From: the human T2T-CHM13v2.0 reference genome, Homo sapiens
Assembly (NCBI RefSeq): GCF_009914755.1
Contig: NC_060925.1
Length of the DNA stretch: 64,000 bases
Strand: one strand, 5' to 3'
In this document: positions 21,889 to 41,749 of the stretch, piece after piece
Layout: each line of letters opens with the position of its first letter
Numbering within the stretch: position 1 is the first letter of the stretch
Translations under genes and position numbers: made by a program
The notes under the pieces: generated by a model
Databases searched by the model: none
What the model saw: only the letters and a program-made list of their open reading frames with translations
Told to the model about the DNA's origin: nothing

Positions 21889-23652
21889 CTTGAGCATAGA
21901 CAAAAAGAGAGGCAGGAGCACATGGAAAGAGGCTTCTAATCCCAGCTCCATCATTTCTGATCTTTATGATCCTGGGCAATTTGCTTACCCTCTTCATGCC
22001 TGTGTCTTCAGCTATAATATGGGCTGACTGTGTTTGACTCTATAGACTGTCAGGGTAACTCTAAGTCTGAATGCAAATGTACACCTACAAGTCACTTGAT
22101 ATCTGAGTTATGCCCCAGCCCATACTGAATTCCAAGTCCCCCTAGATTATAAACTTCGGGAGGACGGAGACTACATCACTTATTGGCTCTGATGTCTGTC
22201 TTTCTATATCTTTTCATGTTTAAAACAGTAGTTTGAAATCAGTGTGTATCCAATAATATTTACTGAATACTTAATCAGCTAATGTAAGATGTTTTAGATA
22301 GTAGCCATTAAATACAACTCATGAAGTTGACAGAAAAACCCACAATAATCTTGGCCACAGGTTATGGAGCAAAGCAAGTACTAGGGGTACTACCAACAGA
22401 GCAAAGTAAGTACTTCAAGAAGCCCCAGGAGTTAGCCCAAGACAATCCCATGAAGCCCAGGCCATGTGAGGGCAGAGTCTGTGTTGAAATAGCTAGCTGA
22501 AGAGTTCTGATTGACCAGCTGGGCTAGAACAACTCAGCTTCATGAAATCTTAGAAAACCTCAAAGACAAAAGAGATATTAAATATTTCTAGTCCAATCAA
22601 TTGATTTTATAGCTAAGGAGAGTTAGTTATAGAGAGAGAAATAAGTTGGTGGTTCATAATTTGGATCCTGAAAGCCCTCCTCTTCTATTTACTAGCTATT
22701 TGACCTCCTGCAGCTTCTATTTCCTCATCTGTGAAGTAAATATAATAATAGGACCTCTCTCATTGGGTTGTCATGAGTGTTAAATGTGATAATATATGTG
22801 AAGAACCTAGAAGAGTCTGTAGCATATGATAAATGCAAATAACTCTTAGCAATGACTATTTTATTATTTCTATATGATTTATTATTATAATTGTTAACTG
22901 ATTTAAAGGCTCATTTCAGTGGGTTTTTTCCCCAACCATAATTGTTTTAAAATTGGATTTTTGAGAATCAGTAGGATCTGTTGATGCAAAACTATACCCA
23001 TCCTTCAAACCATGCGATCTTTTATTTAAAGTAAAATGCAGAACTTTATATGGGGCCCCCTGAAATCAAAATGTGTTTACAGCTTCATGACTCTGAGCCT
23101 TGTCTACATGACTGTTTCTGCCCGGGCTGCCCTTCCTCTCTGCCCAAGCAAGTATGTCCTCCTCGTTCAAAGCCTTGCTTCAAGGTGGCCATCTCTGTGA
23201 AATGCTCACTCTTTTCCCAGGCAGTGAGTTATTCCTTCCTTTGGGCTCGTACTGCACTCCTCTCTTACCTTTTTGTAGCACTTGCCATGTTTTGTTGTTA
23301 TTTTTTTATTTCTACCTGGCTGCCCTGTCAGATTAGGAACTCCCTGAGGTAAGCGACCATGCCACTTCATTAGTAGTAGTAGTAATAGTAATAGTAATAT
23401 TTTGCCTTATTGTTATAGCTTTATTGAGCTCAGTGTCTGACATACAGTATGCAACCAAAGTTTTTATTACTGTTTTTGAAGTTTTTATAATGATATTTAT
23501 ATCAGACACAAAGAGTACACCAGATGTCTAAGTACAGTTTAAACAAAATACCAAAATGAACACCAGTATTCCCACCACCAAACCTGTGAAAGAGAATATT
23601 GCCAATACCTTTTAAGTGTAAGTTTTTAACTGTGTGAGTAAATAAATGTTAC

Positions 23653-23805
23653 TTGTTTTCTTAATTTTGCTTAGTGTTTTAGCTCTTTGAGGTAATTTTG
23701 AATCTTGATTTGAACATGTCCCATAATAAGCTATTTTTCCAAGTGTTAGCATCTGAAAATATAAGCTTTTCTTCTGTATCATCTTCTACTCCATTATTAA
23801 GCATA
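23653..23805 (-). pseudogene. relic exon (~153 nt, acceptor lost, ends phase 2)
   Basis: MLNNGVEDDTEEKLIFSDANTWKNSLLWDMFKSRFKITSKS*NTKQN*EN ... CAA|gtaaca. Confidence 0.55.
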
Positions 23806-25198
23806 TTGATTAAACCAAGACCAAGGACAAATCTAGAGACCCCTTTACATGGTTGTGATTACTATTGCCTGTGGTTGTTCAGCCAGTCACCTGACTATTC
23901 CATCATACAAGCCTCATTTCAAGGAGAGCTAACGTTTATTTGGTGTTTAACATATAATAAACCATTGATATGTGACAGCTTACTTAATCTTTACAAAAGT
24001 CCCCCAGCATTCATGCATTCCTCCCATTTTGGAGTTGAGGAAACTGAGGCTCAGAAAGGCTACCTTACGTAAGATCGCCTAGCTGAGAATTGGGCAGAGT
24101 CAGGACTAGAATCACGATGGGCCTTTGTCCCGACCCATAGTTTCTCTTCTGTTGTTCACTGGTATATCAGGGAACACTTAATGGAAACTTTTTAGAAATG
24201 AAGATTCCCTAACCTACTTGTCATCAAGGCCAGAAGGTTATGTTCAGTTTGAGTAAGTCTGTGTTGGCTCTAATGGCCCTTGCTTTCTGCTCTTCAAAAC
24301 AGATGAAAGACTCAAAGAAGTAATGGTAGCCTAAAATTAAGACTATAATTTGGCAGAGACAAATATAGAACCTGATGCCTGACTGCTTTCAGTTTTTGTA
24401 ACACTGGGCATGTTATTTAACTCTCTGCCTCAGTCTACATATCTGTACAATAGGAATAATAACAGAATTTTTAAGTGATTTAATACCTGTAATATGCTTA
24501 GAATCAGGCCTTTACTAAGTACACAGTAAGTCTCAACTATTGTTGTTGTTGCCAACAGTGCCGTTATTACTGGGAAGTCAGTGTCCTGCATGGACACCTG
24601 TCATCAATGTAGTATGATGAGCTCCCCTTCTTTAGGGTCATGGAGCAGTCTCCAGGCCAAGACAGCCATCAGCATGGAAGGGGCTTTCACAAAAAGATTT
24701 TTAAATATTTAGGTTTGTTGCAAAAGATTAAACAACACATAAGTACACAAGTGTACATTCTTTCTCTCTCTCTCAAAACAAACTAGGAATTCCTAGATTC
24801 TTCTAAGAACACAGGGTTTGAGAGTGACTAGAAGTACTCTTTGTTTCCTTGCTTTACACAGGATGTCTGAGGAGAAGCATGTGCTATTCCAGATGAGTGG
24901 GCACAAACAGAGGTCAACTCAAAACTTTCTCCCTGGACAGAGCCAAGCAAAACCATTCTCTGACATTTCTGAGCAGCAAAGCAGCAAAGCCACAATCTTC
25001 TAATGAAGTCTTGCTGCAGCTGATGCAGTAACATCCCCAAATTGTGGGACAGGGGATGGGGAGAAGGGAGGTGAAGTGTATCCTTCCTAAGCAATTTATG
25101 CATACAAGTAAAGAGCATTATCATAGAGTTTGAGGTCAACATCTGCCTCAGTTGAAATCCCATCGTGGTCATCCATGTACTAACCATAGACAACTTAC

Positions 25199-25254
25199 AC
25201 AACCTCTTGGGGACTAATCTGTCAAATGGGGCCAAGAGTTCTGGAGGCAAGGGG
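25199..25254 (-). pseudogene. relic exon (56 nt)
   Basis: Strong sites ctctttctgtgtcttgcag| ... TGT|gtaagt; phase 0-2 reading PLASRTLGPI*QISPQEV. Confidence 0.6.
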
Positions 25255-25727
25255 CTGCAAGACACAGAAAGAGATGACTTGGCTTTGGCTCTACCTGTGC
25301 AAACCCTGGGTCCTAAGTGGTAATGAATATGGACTGCCTCATTCATCTCAAAGAAGCTCTGGGACTTAGGAAAGCAATTTCTAGAATTGGCACGTGATAA
25401 AATTTTCACTGGGCAAAGAAAGGCAGAGTGGTGAAAATAAGTACCAGTTAGTATGCTCTCCTTGTGGCTGGAACATTCACCATAGCTCACTCGTGCATTC
25501 TTTCTCTCTCATACACACAACACTCACACTCACCCACCTGAATAATTTCCATGCATGTTTTAAATCTTAATTCATGTACCATTTCCTTGGAGAAGCATTC
25601 CCTGTCACCTAGACTGAATTAGGTACCTCCCTTGTGTGCTCTCTTACTACCTTTTGGCTTTCCCTCATTTACTTCTCACAGTTGGTAATTACATATTTGT
25701 GTAATGATCTGATTAATATTTTTCTTA

Positions 25728-25837
25728 AGGTAGCCAGTTGCCCCAGTTTGGCTGAAACTGAGGGGTTTTCCAGAAGGCAAGACTTTCAGCGCTGAAACTG
25801 GGAAAGTCCTGGCCAAACCTGCGTAATTGTTCACTCT
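25728..25837. mobile_element. MER81-like hAT DNA transposon
   Basis: aggtagccagttgccccagtttgg...gactttcagcgctgaaactgggaaagtcctgg...ttgttcactct, quasi-palindromic. Confidence 0.65.
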
Positions 25838-26414
25838 GGTCTGCTTCCCTCTCAAGATCGGATGCTCTTTGAGTACAGGCACTATGCTCTTGTTCACCAT
25901 TTATCTCTGTGCCTGGCACAGACCTGGACTGGGAACTCAGGAAACATCTGTTAACCAGTAAAGAAGTAAATGTATATGTTAATCTAAGCTGAACTTACTT
26001 TTCTTATGAAAGCCTATCTTTTTTCTCCCTGAAATTATTCTATTTTGATGTTAAAATATCCCTTTTGAAAAACTGTCCTTATTTGACAAAATTTAAAGTT
26101 CACAATGTTATGCTGTTTTTGTTTTTTGCCTTCCTTCCCCCCCTTCCCATTTTGTGGTTGGAAATCCTACTGATTTGAGGAATCACTTGTTTAGTAAAGA
26201 GAGAACCGGGGTAGCTGAGGTCAAGACAAATAAGGTCTGTCCCCATGCTAAAATGCTAGTAATCACTTCTGTATCCTCTGGGCCTAGCACATTACCAAGC
26301 ACATAGTAAGGGCTGAGTAAATATTTGTGAAATATATAAATGAATAGATTTTCTGCCCAGCCTCAAGACCTGCTGGAATACAACTTGTATGCCTAACTCC
26401 CTTTTCTTCCCTAC

Positions 26415-26581
26415 CCTCTAGCTAAACATTTCTGTGACCATAAATGTGACTTCAGCATTCCTTACTGCTGAATAGATGAGAAACATGTACCACTGCAGAT
26501 GAATGAACACATGGTCTATCCCCACCTGTTCTAGTTCATCTCTTTAAATGCTTTCCTTACTGTTGAAGGGACTGCTATGGT
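26415..26581 (-). pseudogene. relic exon (167 nt, phase 1-0)
   Basis: attttttaacag| ... AGG|gtaggg; HSSPFNSKESI*RDELEQVGIDHVFIHLQWYMFLIYSAVRNAEVTFMVTEMFS*R. Confidence 0.65.
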
Positions 26582-26847
26582 CTGTTAAAAAATAATAATA
26601 ATAATAAAATAAAAAATTTTAAAAAAATGGCACTATCTTGATTACTGAGAGCACCTCTCTTACCCACATGGCTTTGTTCAAGCTCCTCCCTCTACTTGGA
26701 ACACCTGTTTCACTTTAGCAAAATCCTACTAGTCTTTTCAAACTTAGCTTATGTCCCTTTCTCTAAGAAGCCACCTCTGTACCCTTCCACTTGTCAAAAG
26801 TAAAATGAGAACAAGTTAGGGAAAAATTTGAAAGTTTTCTATCTTAC

Positions 26848-26928
26848 AAAAAGTACCAATTGCCATCAGCAAGACTTCAAGTGGTAAGAAGCTCACCTTA
26901 CGGCAGTTACAGTGCAGTTTATGAAGCA
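26848..26928 (-). pseudogene. relic exon (81 nt, open, phase 1-1; acceptor AG mutated to AA)
   Basis: ctttctccttaa| ... TTT|gtaaga; LHKLHCNCRKVSFLPLEVLLMAIGTF. Confidence 0.5.
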
Positions 26929-27035
26929 TTAAGGAGAAAGTATTTTGACCTTTTTAGTCATTGGCTGTTATGTATTAACATTTTTTTTTCAGGGGAAACA
27001 GGACTGTTTAAACTGATTTGTCTATAGTTGATTGA

Positions 27036-27127
27036 TTTAATTTTCCTGAATCATGCTGACAAGGACCTAAAGCTTATGTTTTAATTTCATCAAATCATGC
27101 TGACAGGGAGATAAAGCTTATGTTTTA
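27036..27127. repeat. 44-bp tandem duplication (2 imperfect copies)
   Basis: aatcatgctgaca..taaagcttatgtttta begins at 27049 and again at 27093. Confidence 0.85.
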
Positions 27128-27479
27128 TGCTTTGTTTATAATGAGAGCTAGCAACTCAGGGAAATCAGAATGACTTAAGTTTTACCACTTGACTCTGGGC
27201 AGTTGGCCTTGGGGTATATATCTAAATGGCGGCCTCTATCTTTGTATAATCTTTAGTACATTCCTCACCTCCTGTGCCCATCCACAATATTTTGTATTTT
27301 GTCTTTACCATCTCATGAACCACACTATATTCTATTTGTCTATTTTTTTGTATAGCTCCTCCACTAGATGGGAGCTTCTTGAAAGTAAGAACTCTGATTC
27401 ATCTTTGTGTCCCCAGCACCCAATAGGGGGACAGGATTGCTATTAGGTAGCAGTACATATTTGTAAAAGGAAAGAAATC

Positions 27480-27978
27480 TATCAGTTATTATAGTCCCCC
27501 AAATGCTAAGTTACAGACAAATAGAAAACCTTAGTGACAAACAACAGTAGACATTTATTTTTGCTCACAAGTTTGTTGGTTGGCTAGGTGAGTCTGATGA
27601 TCTGGGCTAGTCAATGCTGGTCACCTACAAATATTTGCTGATGTTACCTGGGTTCTTTCATATATGTGGGACATCACCTGAGACAACTGAACAGACTCAG
27701 CTCTGTTGCACATCTCCTGTCACCCAGCAGCCTTGTAGGGCATGGTCTTGTGGCCAAGTTTGAGGAGCGAAAGACAGAACAGAAGCACACAGCCCTTTTG
27801 AGACCTAGGCTTGGAAAACTGACCCAGTGTCACATCTGCCTCATTCTCTTGGCAAAACAAGTCACAAGACTGGCATAGATTGAAGGGGTAGGGAGATAGA
27901 CCCACATCTCAATGTGAGGAGCTGCAAAGTCTCATTGCAAAGAGTGTTGACACAGGAAGGGTGGAGAATGGGGACCAC
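27480..27978 (-). mobile_element. old MLT1 (H/G-like) LTR
   Basis: acatttatttttgctcaca...ttggcaaaacaagtcacaagactggc...ctgcaaagtctcattgcaaagagtgt pattern. Confidence 0.55.
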
Positions 27979-28255
27979 CTTTGCAATCTCTGCCATAGTG
28001 AGGGAGCCAACAGGGAAACACCTTATCAGTTTCTTTCCAAAATGACCATTTTTATTACCTTAACATTTAAATGAATTTATCAGGAAAGTTTCTAAAAAAA
28101 GGAGCCATGGCCTTTCTTGGGAGAGAGTGACTTCCCCACCATAAAAGGCATTCAATAAGAAGCTGAATTCCATGGTCATAGAAATATTAGGAGGAGAACC
28201 CTTCCCCTACCCCTGAGAGTCAATGTTTTCACATATTTTCCATCTTTCTTTCCAG

Positions 28256-28363
28256 ATCAGCAAAGACCCGATTTTTGTACCAGGCGTCTGGGGGCCTTAT
28301 TTCTCAGCCATGGTACCTGGGTTCTGGCTGAATGAAGGTGGTCAGAGCGTTACTGGAAAATTG
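28256..28363 (+). CDS. FGGY: FGGY internal coding exon (108 nt, phase 0-0)
   Basis: Acceptor ctttctttccag| and donor TTG|gtaagt. Encodes [36 protein letters not shown], which has the VPGVWGPY / EGGQS signature of FGGY (YDR109C-type) D-ribulokinases. Confidence 0.97.
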
Positions 28364-28998
28364 GTAAGTTGACACTTTCTCAATAGGGTCATGGATGTTT
28401 TTATGTCATTGATTAGTCCATTTTGTCACATGACCCATATACCCAATATCTGGAGGATTTGCAGACCCCTGAATCGGGGTGTACTTTCTCTTAGTGCACA
28501 GCCTAACATGTCATACACATGCAGCATATATTGCTTAAGGAAGAAGTGTTACAGCAGGCAGTGATGACCAGCCCTTCTTCTCACCTGATCTTTCCTTACA
28601 TCAATCCATTTTTCTCAGAGTGATGAGAATGATATTCTACTTAGAGAAAACGACATGTTACTCCCCAGCCCAAATCCTTCAGTTTTCCCCATAGCCCCTT
28701 GAGACATGGCTCAGATAATATTCTGGCTGCATTATACACTTCATGGTCTATCCCCTCCAGTCCCACACATGTGCCTGTAATTTACACTAGGTTGCTCTCC
28801 TCACAGCTTCTCCATGCCTCCTGTCATTGCACTTCTCTGTCCCTTTATACAGGCTTCTTTCCCTGCTTGGGGAGTTCTTTACCACCTCAATAATTTTACT
28901 TGTCCTTTAAGATCCAACTCCAGCTCTTAGCACACTCTGTTATTCTTATTGGTTACTAATCCCCTTTTCTAGAACACTCTGAGTTCCTTAAAGACAAG

Positions 28999-29310
<312 letters not shown>

Positions 29311-30050
29311 AAAGACAAGTTCTCTTTGTATCCACCTCAGTGCCAGGTTCATAGAAGGTACTTAATACAAACTTGTTGAATTATTAAGGCTGTCCAATAG
29401 GGGAGAGAGAAGATTCATAAAAGTGAGATGAGTGCTGTAACAGAAGTACACGGTACAGAGTTGGCACAAAGCTAGGTTAGGAAACTCTTTACAGGGGAGA
29501 AGGCATTGGTGCTGAGCCTTAAAAGATAAATAAGGACAAACCAGGTAAAGAAGGGTACAGATAGTCTACTTGGTAGGAAACTTGTATGGGAAAAAAGACA
29601 TGGAAGTGAAAAATAACGGCTAATTTGAGGGTAATGGCAAATAGTCCAGAAGTTCAGCTGTGGCACAAACTATTCTTAGAAAAATGGCTTACGATAAAAG
29701 TTAGAGAGTAGGGCAGAGACCACATCCCTGTAAAACATGCTAAGGAATTGAACTTCGTCTAGCAGACCAAGAGGAACCAGTGAAAGGTTAGAAGAGTATG
29801 TGGACATGTTCATAACTCAGTTGTAAAAATCTCTGCTTAGAAGCCATGAGGGTAAAGGCCTGAGGACACATGGCCAGAGGCAGGGAGACTAGTTTTAGTA
29901 GGTTAGTCAACAGACAAAAAGCCACAAGGACTTGAATGAGGACAGTAATAATGATGACTGGGAATTGAGGTCAAGAGATTGGCAGGCTTCTGAGAGATCA
30001 AATGTGGAATACAGAGAAAGTGAGACCTAGGCTCAGTTACACACACTCAC

Positions 30051-30225
30051 ATTTACTGTTAAATTGGAAATATCTGCTTATGTTATGATGTGATTTGCCT
30101 ACCAACTCTTCTAAATGTTCAGCCAATTGGAAATGATCTTATTCAAAGCTGGATGTATATGCAAATATCTGTGAGTTTACATTTCTTAGTATAATCCTAT
30201 TTTATACATGACTGCCTCAAATTCT
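30051..30225 (-). pseudogene. relic exon (175 nt, one indel)
   Basis: ttccatttactttgaaag| ... AAT|gtgagt; EFEAVMYKIGLY*EM*THRYLHIHPA / DHFQLAEHLEELVGKSHHNISRYFQFNSK. Confidence 0.55.
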
Positions 30226-30524
30226 CTTTCAAAGTAAATGGAAGCATAGGTGGGTAGATGGATTCAAAGGGCATGTTCTGTACGTTACTGTTGTGCCAGG
30301 CTACAGAAATGAATTAAATGAATTGGACCTCATCAGTCCCTGGTTTTAAGGAGCTCATACTTGGATGGGGAATCCCTGAGTATGAAATAAATCATGTTTG
30401 ATTGGTCTCAGTAACCAGTGCTAGAAAAGTTGAGAAGGAAGACATCATCTATGGCTACAGTACAGTAGAAATGCAGCCCACTTTATATTCTCCTATTTAA
30501 ACTTGTGCTATGTACTTAGTCAAC

Positions 30525-30984
30525 TTATTTTATTTTACTTTCAGTTCCGGGATACAAGTGCAGAACCTGCAGGTTTGTTACATAGGAATATGTGTGCCAT
30601 GGTGGTTTCCTGCACCTGTCAACCCATCATCTATGTTTTAAGCCTTCCATGCATTAGCAATGTGTCCTAATGCTCTCCCTCCCCTTGCCCCTAACTCCCC
30701 AACTGGCCCCAGTATGTGTTGTCCCCCTCTCTGTGTTCATGTGTTCTCATTCTTCAACTCCTGCTTATGAGTGAGAACATGCAGTGTTTGGTTTTCTGTT
30801 CCTGTGTTAGTTTGCTGAGGATGATGGCTTCCAGCTTCATCCATGTCCCTGCAAAGAGATCTCATGCCTTTTTATGAAGGCATAGTATTCCATGGTGTAT
30901 ATGTGCCACAATTTCTTAATCCAGTCTATCACTGATGGGCATTTGGGTCGGTTCCATGTCTTTGCTATTGTAAATAGAGCTACA
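30525..30984 (-). mobile_element. LINE-1 3' end fragment (L1PA8-like or older)
   Basis: Reverse-complement L1 3'UTR and end of ORF2, cut off by the next L1. Confidence 0.85.
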
Positions 30985-37100
<6,116 letters not shown>

Positions 37101-37429
37101 TATTATAATGATGGTAATATTAATTGTAATAATTGTAGCTTACTGAGTATTTTTTTGTGAGAGGGATTTATAGACATAATTCTGTTAAACTTTGAATGAT
37201 AGTCATAATTACAATGCCTAATATTATTTTGAAGGCTTGTTTCCAATCTCAGTTCCAAGAACTTTTCATGTATTATCTAATTAATATTCTCAAAAGTCCT
37301 ATGATCATACCTATAGATACAGTCATTATCTGTATTTTATAGTTAAGTGACTAAAGGTAGCAATTACAGCCTGGAGAGTCTCCTCACCCACCAGTGATGG
37401 CCTTTTAATATGTTTTATTTACTACTCAC

Positions 37430-37651
37430 CTTTCCTTACCATTTACTAATTCTTGTTTATTCTCTTGTAAATTCCAATCTCTGGTTTTAAAATACATCAT
37501 TGTCACATAGGACATGATAAGAAAAAGTTGCATCTTTTTTATTCCCGCTTGCATATGCACATCTTCTCTAATAAGCCACATCTGAAGGTGTCTGCTCCAG
37601 TAGTACATTGTCCATGGTTTCAACGATGCCACACAGTCATAAATACACCAC
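37430..37651 (-). pseudogene. relic exon (222 nt, fully open, phase 2-2)
   Basis: About 80-nt polypyrimidine tract plus ttag|, donor AAG|gtgagt; WCIYDCVASLKPWTMYYWSRHLQMWLIREDVHMQAGIKKMQLFLIMSYVTMMYFKTRDWNLQENKQELVNGKE(R). Confidence 0.75.
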
Positions 37652-37955
37652 CTAAAGCATAAGAGACGGGAAGTGAGAAAACAGAGAAAAAGGAAAGTAA
37701 AGGAGAAGAAACAATAGAAAAAAAGAGAAGGAAAAGAAATGAAAAATATATTAAAAACCATGGATTTTAAAAAAAGATATTTGTCTCATTTTTACAATTA
37801 AATGCAGATCTTCCATTACAAAGCAATTATTTCATTCTAAGTATATGAATAGATTTGTATTTTTAAAAAAAATCTTCATCTGGTTATCCTCAGAATGAAG
37901 GAAAAGAAACAGGACAGGATCTTTTGATATTTACTTCTTCTTAGAAAACACATAC

Positions 37956-38217
37956 TCCCTTCCTAAGGATGATTGATTTTAGTTTCATCACACATCAAGG
38001 CCTGTCTCATGCTTGCCGATATTCTCTTCTGAATAGTTGTGCAAAAAAGCATTGCTTTTTCCCCAGACTTTGTCCACAGAACACTGACCCCGTGCAGTTC
38101 CTACATCCAGATACTGAAGCTTATTTCCAGCTGGACCTTGGCCATCACCCTTTCCAGGTGCTCTTGTTTGTCTCACGTGGAGTGATTTTTATTGGGGATG
38201 GCATTGGGTAAGGAAGG
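37956..38217 (-). pseudogene. relic exon (~262 nt, frameshifted)
   Basis: cttgtcttag| ... GGA|gtatgt; PSLPNAIPNKNHST*DKQEHLERVMAKVQLEISFSIWM*ELHGVSVLWTKSGEKAMLF... Confidence 0.45.
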
Positions 38218-38926
38218 CTAAGACAAGTTCCTAAGCCACTGCTATGGTGGCATTGACTTTCTGGAACAATTGTGCTTGGATTGAGTCACAAGGTCACAAT
38301 GCAACAAGTTACTATGTGCTCTTGGGATTTTAGGATGTGTACATTGTGAGTGTCTATCTGCCTCCTGCGTCATTGCCAAGGCTGGGACTAGCCTCAGGAT
38401 GTCACCTATGGAAGACATTCTGCTATAAATGGGTGTATGGAATGACTTGCAGTGTGCACAGTGTAGTACAGATTATGGAGATAATGATTTCATGCCTTCA
38501 TTCATTCACTCCTTCCATCGCGTTACAGAGATTTCCTGAGTGATTCCACTGGGCCAGCCAAGAATACGGTCACTCCAGTCATCCACCATCAAATAAGAAA
38601 GTTGGATACAGAACTGATCATTATAATTTATTGTAGGACATAAAAATAGATAGTACAATCACTATAGCCTACTGGAAAAATAGAGGCTAATACTGAGTAC
38701 CTATTATGTACCAAATATTTTTAGGCCCATTAGGATTTGGTATTTCATCTGATCTTCACAGCATGTGTATGTGGTCAGTGTTGTTATATTAGTTTTACTG
38801 ATGAAGAAATAGGCTGAGAATGTCAAGGTAATCTGATCAAAATCTTACAGTTATAGGTAGGAGAGCCACAATGCAAACCCAAGCTGGCCACCAGAGGCCC
38901 AAGATCTTTCCAAAACTGAATCTGAC

Positions 38927-39024
38927 TTTTGTGGAGGTGCATTTCTGAGTTTTTCTTTCAGTTCTCTTGTAGACTTCTTTGAGAAGCAACTGTTGTCCGT
39001 TAACATGACATTCTCTTTAAGTGT
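38927..39024 (-). pseudogene. possible relic exon
   Basis: gtatttgtttcaag| TLKENVMLTDNSCFSKKSTRELKEKLRNAPPQ open; weak donor gtcaga. Confidence 0.3.
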
Positions 39025-39619
39025 CTTGAAACAAATACAGTTGGCAGGCTTTGTAAGGCCATGGGAGAAAAATAATTAAATACAATAAATTAAATACAAT
39101 ATCTGAAATACATATATAGTAGATGGGCCTAAGAGCTGACTGGAGATGACAAAAGTGTCCTCAGTGAGAATGAGACTTAGACTGGGAGACTTAGAGAGAA
39201 AGAGAGAGAGAGAGAATATGAATGAGAATATACACTGAAAAAATTAACACCCTCAGTCTCTCAGGGGCATGGGAGACAATAGCCAAAGGTCAATTAGCAT
39301 TGACACGATCTATGTACAGATGTAGGTGTGTCCCCAGCATTTCACATCCACTAATTATAATTACTTCATGGATACAAGGACTAACTCTGCAAAAACAAAT
39401 GCCTCCCTGTTCCCTTCTCCCGCCCTGGCTTTTGCTTATTTTTTGTATACCCACCTGGATTGCTACACAACTTCCTAATTGGCTTCTTGCCTGTAATCTT
39501 TCCCCCTCTAATCCCTTTGTTGCATTGTAGGTATAGAAGTCTTTCTGAAACAGTTATGAGTCTGTCACTTGTGATAGCTCTTCAGTTGTCATTAGAATAA
39601 AGTCTTAATTCTTTAGAGT

Positions 39620-40590
39620 GATGTTTATTTATACAGCCAGTATTTACGGAGTGCTTACTATATTTGAGGTACTGTTCTGAGTGAGAAAGTAGCAGTGAGT
39701 AAAACAGCCTCTTCTGCACTCTCCTGCACTCCACCAAGACTCCTGTACCCTTCTCAAGCTTACATTCTAACAGGAGGAGACAGATAATACACAAAAAATA
39801 AATAAATTCCACTTTATGGTATAAGTTATTAAGACAAATAGAGGAGGTAGCTTGTGAGTTCAGATGGGAAGGTTGTAGTTTTAAATAGGGTGGTCAGGGT
39901 AGACCTCACTGATGTGACAGTTGAACAAAGAATGAGGAAAGGAAGGAATTTAGCTATTTTGAAACCTGGGGGAAGAATATACCAGGTCAAGGGAACAACC
40001 AGTGTAAAGATTCTGAGAGGGTTGCTTGCCTGGGGTATTATGGGAATAGCAACAAGGTCACAATGGATGCGGCAGAGTGAACCAAAATGACAGTTGCAGG
40101 GAACAAGTTCAGAGAGGTGATAGGGTCTACATTATTGGCCACAGTAATAGTTTTTACTCTCAGTGAAATGGAAACCATTGGAGAATAATGAGCGGAGGAG
40201 TGATGTGATATGACAGGTTTTCAAAGAATCATTCTTACTGCTGCCTACTGTGTTGCTGATTGTTAACTGGGGAGTGGAAGTAGGGGGAGGGAAGCACAGA
40301 AGTCAGAAAGAGGCTATTGTAGTAAGCCAGCTGAGTGAGGAGGATGATGGCATGGAGCTGGTAAAGAATGGTTAGATTTTGGATATATTTTGAAGGTAGA
40401 GCCACCTTCAAACCTTGACCTTGACCTTCACACCCTGATGGATTAAGTGTGAAGTGTGCAGAAAAGAGAGAGGCCAAGGCTTGAGGAATGTAGCATTGCT
40501 ATTAATGGGTGAAGGTGGATTCAATGTTATGGAGTCAGAGGGAGGAAGGAGTCAAGAATTACTACGTTTTCTGATGGTAGTAACTGATCC
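39620..40590 (-). mobile_element. L2 fragments
   Basis: Purine-rich antisense L2a pattern (ggagtgatgtgatatgac, tggatatattttgaaggtagagcc). Confidence 0.6.
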
Positions 40591-41358
40591 CCAAAGTTGA
40601 CCCTCCATTATCTTCCTTCATCTTAGTAAAGAGTACCATCATTTATATTTTTATTAAAGCCAAAAAATAAAATAAAAAATTAGGATTAATTCTTGACTCT
40701 TCCTTTCCCCTCTCTCCTCACATCTAATCCATCAGTAAGTCCTAAGGGTTCCACCTCCAAAATATGTTGCCAATCCATCTCTCTTTTTTCTTCTCTTTTC
40801 TTTTCTTTTCTTTCTTCCACTCCTAGCACTGTTGGGCAAATCACCGTGGCACTTTTCCTCTCCTGGTCTATGTAAAGTATATTTTTTGTACACAGCATAT
40901 AGTTGGGTCTTGCTTTTCAATTTTATGATCTCTGAATTTTACTTGGGTTGTTTAGATACTTTATATAAAGATAAATATGATTTGATTTACATCTTTCATT
41001 TTGTTTTTTGTTTTCTGTGATCACTTCTGTCTTTCCTTCCTGACTTCTTTTGGATTAAATGACTATTTTTCAATTTTAAGAATTCAATTTTAAGTTATCT
41101 ATTGGCATCTTGGCTTTCTACACATCTTTTTGCATTATTTTTTAATGGTTGCTCTAGTAATTATAATAAATATCCTAAACTTTTCAGCCTACTTTGAATG
41201 CATATTATGATACTTCATGAAAGGTATAAATACCCTTCAACTGTGTAGTTCTACTTACCACTCCTATCCCAGCTCTTCACGCTGTAGTTTGTGTGTGATA
41301 TCTACATATGCTATAAACCCAATAATGAAATAGTTGTCATATTGTTTGCTTTAAACAA

Positions 41359-41749
41359 TGTATTAGTCTACTCTTGACTACCATAACAAAATACCACAGG
41401 TTGGGTGGCTTAAACAACAGACATTTATTTCCTTACAATTTTGGAGGCTAAAAGTCTGTGATCAAGGTGCTGGCAAATGCAGTTTCTGGTGAGGGCTCTC
41501 TTCCTAACTTGTAGATGGCTGCCTTCTGTGACCTCACATGGCCTTTTCTCAGTATGTGTATATGAAGAGAAAACGGTTGTATTCCTTCCTTTTCTTATAA
41601 GAACACCAGTTATATCAGATTAAGGCCCCACTGTCATGAGCTGTTTAACCTTAATTACCCCCGTAAGAGCCATATCTCTAAATACAGTCACATTTGGGAT
41701 TGAGGCTTCAATATATGAATTTGAGGTGAACACAGTTTAGTCCATGTCA
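41359..41749 (-). mobile_element. MLT1A-type MaLR solo LTR, nested in an old L1M
   Basis: taacaaaataccacaggttgggtggcttaaacaacagacatttatt motif. Confidence 0.8.

Noticed and set aside
24828-25490. 220-aa minus-strand ORF in unique DNA
   Set aside because: It has a non-ATG start and no recognisable domain. It runs through the splice sites of a 56-nt relic exon and flanking intron-like sequence, so it is treated as a chance ORF.
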